This document shows, piece after piece, positions 30,001 through 42,074 of a DNA stretch of 64,000 nt. Position numbers and translations under genes: made by a program. Position 1 is the stretch's first letter. Every line of letters begins with the position of its first letter. Under the pieces are notes generated by a model. That model did no database searches and had not been told where the DNA came from. It was given only the letters and a program-made list of their open reading frames with translations. Source of the DNA: Auanema rhodensis (taxonomy: Eukaryota > Animalia > Nematoda); contig OZ059896.1 in the NCBI GenBank assembly GCA_964057225.1, forward strand, positions 4,526,001-4,590,000. The letters run 5' to 3'.

Positions 30001-33000
30001 AAAGTCATGGTTACCATGAACCAATATCATTAAAAATTTGTTTTTAGACTAATATGGACATGGGGAGTCTAATTTTGAAAACCGCATCTCTTTATCTTTC
30101 ACGTGAAGCGAGTTACATACCAAGTGCACATCATGTGTACATTTAATTAGCATAAATTAAAGTTCACGTAAATTTCAAAGTCATGGTTACCATGAACCAA
30201 TATCAATAAAAATTTGTTTTTAGACTAATATGGACATGGGGAATCTAATTTCGAAAACCGCATCTATTTATCTTTCACGTGAAGCGAGTTACATACCAAG
30301 TGCACATCACGTGTACATTTAATTAGCATAAATTAAAGTTCACGTAAATTTCAAAGTCATGGTTACCATGAACCAATATCAATAAAAATTTGTTTTTAGA
30401 CTAATTTGGACATGGGGAATCTAATTTTGAAAACCGCATCTATTTATCTTTCACGTGAAGCGAGTTACATACCAAGTGCACATCACGTGTACATTTAATT
30501 AGCATAAATTAAAGTTCACGTAAATTTCAAAGTCATGGTTACCATGAACCAATATCAATAAAAATTTGTTTTTAGACTAATATGGACATGGGGAATCTAA
30601 TTTCGAAAACCGCATCTATTTATCTTTCACGTGAAGCGAGTTACATACCAAGTGCACATCACGTGTACATTTAATTAGCATAAATTAAAGTTCACGTAAA
30701 TTTCAAAGTCATGGTTACCAATAACCAATATCAATAAAAATTTGTTTTTAGACTAATTTGGACATGGGGAATCTAATTTTGAAAACCGCATCTATTTATC
30801 TTTCACGTGAAGCGAGTTACATACCAAGTGCACATCACGTGTACATTTAATTAGCATAAATTAAAGTTCACGTAAATTTCAAAGTCATGGTTACCATGAA
30901 CCAATATCAATAAAAATTTGTTTTTAGACTAATATGGACATGGGGAATCTAATTTTGGAAACCGCATCTCTTTATCTTTCACGTGAAGCGAGTTACATAC
31001 CAAGTGCACATCACGTGTACATTTAATTAGCATAAATTAAAGTTCACGTAAATTTCAAAGTCATGGTTACCATGAACCAATATCAATAAAAATTTGTTTT
31101 TAGACTAATATGGACATGGGGAATCTAATTTCGAAAACCGCATCTATTTATCTTTCACGTGAAGCGAGTTACATACCAAGTGCACATCACGTGTACATTT
31201 AATTAGCATAAATTAAAGTTCACGTAAATTTCAAAGTCATGGTTACCATGAACCAATATCAATAAAAATTTATTTTTAGACTAATATGGACATGGGGAAT
31301 CTAATTTCGAAAACCGCATCTATTTATCTTTCACGTGAAGCGAGTTACATACCAAGTGCACATCACGTGTACATTAAATTAGCATAAATTAAAGTTCACG
31401 TAAATTTCAAAGTCATGGTTACCATGAACCAATATCAATAAAAATTTGTTTTTAGACTAATATGGACATGGGGAATCTAATTTTGGAAACCGCATCTATT
31501 TATCTTTCACGTGAAGCGAGTTACATACCAAGTGCACATCACGTGTACATTTAATTAGCATAAATTAAAGTTCACGTAAATTTCAAAGTCATGGTTACCA
31601 TGAACCAATATCAATAAAAATTTGTTTTTAGACTAATATGGACATGGGGAATCTAATTTTGAAAACCGCATCTCTTTATCTTTCACGTGAAGCGAGTTAC
31701 ATATAAAGTGCACATCACGTGTACATTTAATTAGCATAAATTAAAGTTCACGTAAATTTCAAAGTCATGGTTACCATGCACCAATATTAATAAAAATTTG
31801 TTTTTAGACTAATATGGACATGGGGAATCTAATTTTGAAAACCGCATCTCTTTATCTTTCACGTGAAGCGAGTTACATACCAAGTGCACATCACGTGTAC
31901 ACTTAATTAGCATAAATTAAAGTTCACGTAAATTTCAAAGTCATGGTTACCATGCACCAATATCAATAAAAATTTGTTTTTAGACTAATTTGAACATGGG
32001 GAATCTAATTTCGAAAACCGCATCTATTTATCTTTCACGTGAAGCGAGTTACATACCAAGTGCACATCACGTGTACATTTAATTAGCATAAATTAAAGTT
32101 CACGTAAATTTCAAAGTCATGGTTACCATGAACCAATATCATTAAAAATTTGTTTTTAGACTAATATGGACATGGGGAATCTAATTTTGAAAACCGCATC
32201 TCTTTATCTTTCACGTGAAGCGAGTTACATACCAAGTGCACATCATGTGTACATTTAATTAGCATAAATTAAAGTTCACGTAAATTTCAAAGTCATGGTT
32301 ACCATGAACCAATATCAATAAAAATTTGTTTTTAGACTAATATGGACATGGGGAATCTAATTTCGGAAACCGCATCTATTTATCTTTCACGTGAAGCGAG
32401 TTACATACCAAGTGCACATCACGTGTACATTTAATTAGCATAAATTAAAGTTCACGTAAATTTCAAAGTCATGGTTACCATGAACCAATATCAATAAAAA
32501 TTTGTTTTTAGACTAATATGGACATGGGGAGTCTAATTTTGAAAACCGCATCTCTTTATCTTTCACGTGAAGCGAGTTACATACCAAGTGCACATCATGT
32601 GTACATTTAATTAGCATAAATTAAAGTTCACGTAAATTTCAAAGTCATGGTTACCATGAACCAATATCAATAAAAATTTGTTTTTAGACTAATATGGACA
32701 TGGGGAATCTAATTTCGAAAACCGCATCTATTTATCTTTCACGTGAAGCGAGTTACATACCAAGTGCACATCACGTGTACATTTAATTAGCATAAATTAA
32801 AGTTCACGTAAATTTCAAAGTCATGGTTACCATGAACCAATATCAATAAAAATTTGTTTTTAGACTAATTTGGACATGGGGAATCTAATTTTGAAAACCG
32901 CATCTATTTATCTTTCACGTGAAGCGAGTTACATACCAAGTGCACATCACGTGTACATTTAATTAGCATAAATTAAAGTTCACGTAAATTTCAAAGTCAT

Positions 33001-36000
33001 GGTTACCATGAACCAATATCAATAAAAATTTGTTTTTAGACTAATATGGACATGGGGAATCTAATTTCGAAAACCGCATCTATTTATCTTTCACGTGAAG
33101 CGAGTTACATACCAAGTGCACATCACGTGTACATTTAATTAGCATAAATTAAAGTTCACGTAAATTTCAAAGTCATGGTTACCAATAACCAATATCAATA
33201 AAAATTTGTTTTTAGACTAATTTGGACATGGGGAATCTAATTTTGAAAACCGCATCTATTTATCTTTCACGTGAAGCGAGTTACATACCAAGTGCACATC
33301 ACGTGTACATTTAATTAGCATAAATTAAAGTTCACGTAAATTTCAAAGTCATGGTTACCATGAACCAATATCAATAAAAATTTGTTTTTAGACTAATATG
33401 GACATGGGGAATCTAATTTTGGAAACCGCATCTCTTTATCTTTCACGTGAAGCGAGTTACATACCAAGTGCACATCACGTGTACATTTAATTAGCATAAA
33501 TTAAAGTTCACGTAAATTTCAAAGTCATGGTTACCATGAACCAATATCAATAAAAATTTGTTTTTAGACTAATATGGACATGGGGAATCTAATTTCGAAA
33601 ACCGCATCTATTTATCTTTCACGTGAAGCGAGTTACATACCAAGTGCACATCACGTGTACATTTAATTAGCATAAATTAAAGTTCACGTAAATTTCAAAG
33701 TCATGGTTACCATGAACCAATATCAATAAAAATTTATTTTTAGACTAATATGGACATGGGGAATCTAATTTCGAAAACCGCATCTATTTATCTTTCACGT
33801 GAAGCGAGTTACATACCAAGTGCACATCACGTGTACATTAAATTAGCATAAATTAAAGTTCACGTAAATTTCAAAGTCATGGTTACCATGAACCAATATC
33901 AATAAAAATTTGTTTTTAGACTAATATGGACATGGGGAATCTAATTTTGGAAACCGCATCTATTTATCTTTCACGTGAAGCGAGTTACATACCAAGTGCA
34001 CATCACGTGTACATTTAATTAGCATAAATTAAAGTTCACGTAAATTTCAAAGTCATGGTTACCATGAACCAATATCATTAAAAATTTGTTTTTAGACTAA
34101 TATGGACATGGGGAATCTAATTTTGAAAACCGCATCTCTTTATCTTTCACGTGAAGCGAGTTACATACCAAGTGCACATCATGTGTACATTTAATTAGCA
34201 TAAATTAAAGTTCACGTAAATTTCAAAGTCATGGTTACCATGAACCAATATCAATAAAAATTTGTTTTTAGACTAATATGGACATGGGGAATCTAATTTC
34301 GAAAACCGCATCTTTTTATCTTTCACGTGAAGCGAGTTACATACCAAGTGCACATCACGTGTACATTTAATTAGCATAAATTAAAGTTCACGTAAATTTC
34401 AAAGTCATGGTTACCATGAACCAATATCAATAAAAATTTGTTTTTAGACTAATTTGGACATGGGGAATCTAATTTTGAAAACCGCATCTATTTATCTTTC
34501 ACGTGAAGCGAGTTACATACCAAGTGCACATCACGTGTACATTTAATTAGCATAAATTAAAGTTCACGTAAATTTCAAAGTCATGGTTACCATGAACCAA
34601 TTTCAATAAAAATTTGTTTTTAGACTAATATGGACATGGGGAATCTAATTTCGAAAACCGCATCTATTTATCTTTCATGTGAAGCGAGTTACATACCAAG
34701 TGCACATCACGTGTACATTTAATTAGCATAAATTAAAGTTCACGTAAATTTCAAAGTCATGGTTACCATGAACCAATATCAATAAAAATTTGTTTTTAGA
34801 CTAATATGGACATGGGGAATCTAATTTTGGAAACCGCATCTATTTATCTTTCACGTGAAGCGAGTTACATACCAAGTGCACATCACGTGTACATTTAATT
34901 AGCATAAATTAAAGTTCACGTAAATTTCAAAGTCATGGTTACCATGAACCAATATCAATAAAAATTTGTTTTTAGACTAATATGGACATGGGGAATCTAA
35001 TTTCGAAAACCGCATCTATTTATCTTTCACGTGAAGCGAGTTACATACCAAGTGCACATCACGTGTACATTAAATTAGCATAAATTAAAGTTCACGTAAA
35101 TTTCAAAGTCATGGTTACCATGAACCAATATCAATAAAAATTTGTTTTTAGACTAATATGGACATGGGGAATCTAATTTCGAAAACCGCATCTATTTATC
35201 TTTCACGTGAAGCGAGTTACATACCAAGTGCACATCACGTGTACATTTAATTAGCATAAATTAAAGTTCACGTAAATTTCAAAGTCATGGTTACCATGAA
35301 CCAATATCAATAAAAATTTGTTTTTAGACTAATTTGGACATGGGGAATCTAATTTTGAAAACCGCATCTATTTATCTTTCACGTGAAGCGAGTTACATAC
35401 CAAGTGCACATCACGTGTACATTTAATTAGCATAAATTAAAGTTCACGTAAATTTCAAAGTCATGGTTACCATGAACCAATATCAATAAAAATTTGTTTT
35501 TAGACTAATATGGACATGGGGAATCTAATTTCGAAAACCGCATCTATTTATCTTTCACGTGAAGCGAGTTACATACCAAGTGCACATCACGTGTACATTT
35601 AATTAGCATAAATTAAAGTTCACGTAAATTTCAAAGTCATGGTTACCATGAACCAATATCAATAAAAATTTGTTTTTAGACTAATTTGGACATGGGGAAT
35701 CTAATTTTGAAAACCGCATCTATTTATCTTTCACGTGAAGCGAGTTACATACCAAGTGCACATCACGTGTACATTTAATTAGCATAAATTAAAGTTCACG
35801 TAAATTTCAAAGTCATGGTTACCATGAACCAATATCAATAAAAATTTGTTTTTAGACTAATATGGACATGGGGAATCTAATTTCGAAAACCGCATCTATT
35901 TATCTTTCACGTGAAGCGAGTTACATACCAAGTGCACATCACGTGTACATTTAATTAGCATAAATTAAAGTTCACGTAAATTTCAAAGTCATGGTTACCA

Positions 36001-36682
36001 ATAACCAATATCAATAAAAATTTGTTTTTAGACTAATTTGGACATGGGGAATCTAATTTTGAAAACCGCATCTATTTATCTTTCACGTGAAGCGAGTTAC
36101 ATACCAAGTGCACATCACGTGTACATTTAATTAGCATAAATTAAAGTTCACGTAAATTTCAAAGTCATGGTTACCATGAACCAATATCAATAAAAATTTG
36201 TTTTTAGACTAATATGGACATGGGGAATCTAATTTTGGAAACCGCATCTCTTTATCTTTCACGTGAAGCGAGTTACATACCAAGTGCACATCACGTGTAC
36301 ATTTAATTAGCATAAATTAAAGTTCACGTAAATTTCAAAGTCATGGTTACCATGAACCAATATCAATAAAAATTTGTTTTTAGACTAATATGGACATGGG
36401 GAATCTAATTTCGAAAACCGCATATATTTATCTTTCACGTGAAGCGAGTTACATACCAAGTGCACATCACGTGTACATTTAATTAGCATAAATTAAAGTT
36501 CACGTAAATTTCAAAGTCATGGTTACCATGAACCAATATCAATAAAAATTTATTTTTAGACTAATATGGACATGGGGAATCTAATTTCGAAAACCGCATC
36601 TATTTATCTTTCACGTGAAGCGAGTTACATACCAAGTGCACATCACGTGTACATTAAATTAGCATAAATTAAAGTTCACGTA
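1..36682 (+). repeat. Satellite A, 176-bp tandem array, forward orientation (~208 monomers; continues off the left edge)
   Basis: CTTTCACGTGAAGCG recurs at 1, 177, 2641 (15x176) and onward. Monomers differ by only a few substitutions. There is a single net 1-bp phase shift near 17372. Confidence 0.99.
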
Positions 36683-36683
36683 G

Positions 36684-39600
36684 TTCCCCATGTCCATATT
36701 AGTCTAAAAACAAATTTTTATTGATATTGGTTCATGGTAACCATGACTTTGAAATTTACGTGAACTTTAATTTATGCTAATTAAATGTACACGTGATGTG
36801 CACTTGGTATGTAACTCGCTTCACGTGAAAGATAAATAGATGCGGTTTCCAAAATTAGATTCCCCATGTCCATATTAGTCTAAAAACAAATTTTTATTGA
36901 TATTGGTTCATGGTAACCATGACTTTGAAATTTACGTGAACTTTAATTTATGCTAATTTAATGTACACGTGATGTGCACTTGGTATGTAACTCGCTTCAC
37001 GTGAAAGATAAATAGATGCGGTTTTCGAAATTAGATTCCCCATGTCCATATTAGTCTAAAAATAAATTTTTATTGATATTGGTTCATGGTAACCATGACT
37101 TTGAAATTTACGTGAACTTTAATTTATGCTAATTAAATGTACACGTGATGTGCACTTGGTATGTAACTCGCTTCACGTGAAAGATAAATAGATGCGGTTT
37201 TCGAAATTAGATTCCCCATGTCCATATTAGTCTAAAAACAAATTTTTATTGATATTGGTTCATGGTAACCATGACTTTGAAATTTACGTGAACTTTAATT
37301 TATGCTAATTAAATGTACACGTGATGTGCACTTGGTATGTAACTCGCTTCACGTGAAAGATAAAGAGATGCGGTTTCCAAAATTAGATTCCCCATGTCCA
37401 TATTAGTCTAAAAACAAATTTTTATTGATATTGGTTCATGGTAACCATGACTTTGAAATTTACGTGAACTTTAATTTATGCTAATTAAATGTACACGTGA
37501 TGTGCACTTGGTATGTAACTCGCTTCACGTGAAAGATAAATAGATGCGGTTTTCAAAATTAGATTCCCCATGTCCAAATTAGTCTAAAAACAAATTTTTA
37601 TTGATATTGGTTCATGGTAACCATGACTTTGAAATTTACGTGAACTTTAATTTATGCTAATTAAATGTACACGTGATGTGCACTTGGTATGTAACTCGCT
37701 TCACGTGAAAGATAAATAGATGCGGTTTTCGAAATTAGATTCCCCATGTCCATATTAGTCTAAAAACAAATTTTTATTGATATTGGTTCATGGTAACCAT
37801 GACTTTGAAATTTACGTGAACTTTAATTTATGCTAATTTAATGTACACGTGATGTGCACTTGGTATGTAACTCGCTTCACGTGAAAGATAAATAGATGCG
37901 GTTTTCGAAATTAGATTCCCCATGTCCATATTAGTCTAAAAACAAATTTTTATTGATATTGGTTCATGGTAACCATGACTTTGAAATTTACGTGAACTTT
38001 AATTTATGCTAATTAAATGTACACATGATGTGCCCTTGGTATGTAACTCGCTTCACGTGAAAGATAAAGAGATGCGGTTTTCAAAATTAGATTCCCCATG
38101 TCCATATTAGTCTAAAAACAAATTTTTAATGATATTGGTTCATGGTAACCATGACTTTGAAATTTACGTGAACTTTAATTTATGCTAATTAAATGTACAC
38201 GTGATGTGCACTTGGTATGTAACTCGCTTCACGTGAAAGATAAATAGATGCGGTTTTCGAAATTAGATTCCCCATGTCCATATTAGTCTAAAAACAAATT
38301 TTTATTGATATTGGTTCATGGTAACCATGACTTTGAAATTTACGTGAACTTTAATTTATGCTAATTAAATGTACACGTGATGTGCACTTGGTATGTAACT
38401 CGCTTCACGTGAAAGATAAATAGATGCGGTTTCCAAAATTAGATTCCCCATGTCCATATTAGTCTAAAAACAAATTTTTATTGATATTGGTTCATGGTAA
38501 CCATGACTTTGAAATTTACGTGAACTTTAATTTATGCTAATTAAATGTACACGTGATGTGCACTTGGTATGTAACTCGCTTCACATGAAAGATAAATAGA
38601 TGCGGTTTTCGAAATTAGATTCCCCATGTCCATATTAGTCTAAAAACAAATTTTTATTGATATTGGTTCATGGTAACCATGACTTTGAAATTTACGTGAA
38701 CTTTAATTTATGCTAATTAAATGTACACGTGATGTGCACTTGGTATGTAACTCGCTTCACGTGAAAGATAAATAGATGCGGTTTTCAAAATTAGATTCCC
38801 CATGTCCAAATTAGTCTAAAAACAAATTTTTATTGATATTGGTTCATGGTAACCATGACTTTGAAATTTACGTGAACTTTAATTTATGCTAATTAAATGT
38901 ACACGTGATGTGCACTTGGTATGTACCTCGCTTCACGTAAAAGATAAAGAGATGCGGTTTTCAAAATTAGATTCCCCATGTCCATATTAGTCTAAAAACA
39001 AATTTTTATTGATATTGGTTCATGGTAACCATGACTTTGAAATTTACGTGAACTTTAATTTATGCTAATTAAATGTACACATGATGTGCACTTGGTATGT
39101 AACTCGCTTCACGTGAAAGATAAAGAGATGCGGTTTTCAAAATTAGATTCCCCATGTCCATATTAGTCTAAAAACAAATTTTTAATGATATTGGTTCATG
39201 GTAACCATGACTTTGAAATTTACGTGAACTTTAATTTATGCTAATTAAATGTACACGTGATGTGCACTTGGTATGTAACTCGCTTCACGTGAAAGATAAA
39301 TAGATGCGGTTTTCGAAATTAGATTCCCCATGTCCATATTAGTCTAAAAACAAATTTTTATTGATATTGGTTCATGGTAACCATGACTTTGAAATTTACG
39401 TGAACTTTAATTTATGCTAATTAAATGTACACGTGATGTGCACTTGGTATGTAACTCGCTTCACGTGAAAGATAAATAGATGCGGTTTCCAAAATTAGAT
39501 TCCCCATGTCCATATTAGTCTAAAAACAAATTTTTATTGATATTGGTTCATGGTAACCATGACTTTGAAATTTACGTGAACTTTAATTTATGCTAATTTA

Positions 39601-42074
39601 ATGTACACGTGATGTGCACTTGGTATGTAACTCGCTTCACGTGAAAGATAAATAGATGCGGTTTTCGAAATTAGATTCCCCATGTCCATATTAGTCTAAA
39701 AACAAATTTTTATTGATATTGGTTCATGGTAACCATGACTTTGAAATTTACGTGAACTTTAATTTATGCTAATTAAATGTACACGTGATGTGCACTTGGT
39801 ATGTAACTCGCTTCACGTGAAAGATAAATAGATGCGGTTTTCAAAATTAGATTCCCCATGTCCAAATTAGTCTAAAAACAAATTTTTATTGATATTGGTT
39901 CATGGTAACCATGACTTTGAAATTTACGTGAACTTTAATTTATGCTAATTAAATGTACACGTGATGTGCACTTGGTATGTAACTCGCTTCACGTGAAAGA
40001 TAAATAGATGCGGTTTTCGAAATTAGATTCCCCATGTCCATATTAGTCTAAAAACAAATTTTTATTGATATTGGTTCATGGTAACCATGACTTTGAAATT
40101 TACGTGAACTTTAATTTATGCTAATTAAATGTACACATGATGTGCACTTGGTATGTAACTCGCTTCACGTGAAAGATAAAGAGATGCGGTTTTCAAAATT
40201 AGACTCCCCATGTCCATATTAGTCTAAAAACAAATTTTTAATGATATTGGTTCATGGTAACCATGACTTTGAAATTTACGTGAACTTTAATTTATGCTAA
40301 TTAAATGTACACGTGATGTGCACTTGGTATGTAACTCGCTTCACGTGAAAGATAAATAGATGCGGTTTTCGAAATTAGATTCCCCATGTCCATATTAGTC
40401 TAAAAACAAATTTTTATTGATATTGGTTCATGGTAACCATGACTTTGAAATTTACGTGAACTTTAATTTATGCTAATTAAATGTACACGTGATGTGCACT
40501 TGGTATGTAACTCGCTTCACGTGAAAGATAAAGAGATGCGGTTTCCAAAATTAGATTCCCCATGTCCATATTAGTCTAAAAACAAATTTTTATTGATATT
40601 GGTTCATGGTAACCATGACTTTGAAATTTACGTGAACTTTAATTTATGCTAATTAAATGTACACGTGATGTGCACTTGGTATGTAACTCGCTTCACGTGA
40701 AAGATAAATAGATGCGGTTTTCAAAATTAGATTCCCCATGTCCAAATTAGTCTAAAAACAAATTTTTATTGATATTGGTTCATGGTAACCATGACTTTGA
40801 AATTTACGTGAACTATAATTTATGCTAATTAAATGTACACGTGATGTGCACTTGGTATGTAACTCGCTTCACGTGAAAGATGAAGAGATGCGGTTTTCAA
40901 AATTAGATTCCCCATGTCCATATTAGTTCACAAACAAATTTTTATTGATATTGGTTCATGGTAACCATGACTTTGAAATTTACGTGAACTTTAATTAATG
41001 CCAATTAAATGTACACGTGATGTGCCCTTGGTATGTAACTCGCTTCACGTGAGAGATAAAGAGATGCGGTTTTCAAAATTAGATTCCCCATGTCCATATT
41101 AGTCTAAAAACAAATTTTTATTGATATTGGTGCATGGTAACCATGACTTTGAAATTTACGTGAACTTTAATTTATGCTAATTAATTGTACACGTGATGTG
41201 CACTTGGTATGTAACTCGCTTCACGTGAAAGATAAATAGATGCGGTTTTCGAAATTAGATTCCCCATGTCCATATTAGTCTAAAAACAAATTTTTATTGA
41301 TATTGGTTCATGGTAACCATGACTTTGAAATTTACGTGAACTTTAATTTATGCTAATTAAATGTACACGTGATGTGCACTTGGTATGTAACTCGCTTCAC
41401 GTGAAAAATAAAGAGATGCGGTTTTCAAAATTAGATTCCCCATGTCCATATTAGTCTAAAAACAAATTTTTATTGACATTGGTTCATGGTAACCATGACT
41501 TTGAAATTTACGTGAACTTTAATTTATGCTAATTAAATGTACACGTGATGTGCACTTGGTATGTAACTCGCTTCACGTGAAAGATGAAGAGATGCGGTTT
41601 TCAAAATTAGATTCCCCATGTCCATATTAGTCTAAAAACAAATTTTTATTGATATTGGTTCATGGTAACCGTGACTTTGAAATTTACGTGAACTTTAATT
41701 TATGCTAATTAAATGTACACGTGATGTGCACTTGGTATGTAACTCGCTTCACGTGAAAGATGAAGAGATGCGGTTTCCAAAATTAGATTCCCCATGTCCA
41801 TATTAGTTCACAAACAAATTTTTATTGATATTGGTTCATGGTAACCATGACTTTGAAATTTACGTGAACTTTAATTTATGCTAATTAAATGTACACGTGA
41901 TGTGCACTTGGTATGTAACTCGCTTCACGTGAAAGATGAATAGATGCGGTTTTCGAAATTAGATTCCCCATGTCCATATTAGTCTAAAAACAAATTTTTA
42001 TTGATATTGGTTCATGGTAACCATGACTTTGAAATTTACGTGAACTTTAATTTATGCTAATTAAATGTACACGT
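36684..42074 (-). repeat. Satellite A, inverted block (~30.6 monomers)
   Basis: Reverse complement of the A monomer (TTCCCCATGTCCATATTAGTC...) begins after ...GTTCACGTA-G at 36683. The period stays 176 (TTGATATTGG at 36721, 39361, 42001). The block ends at ...GTACACGT 42074. Confidence 0.99.
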
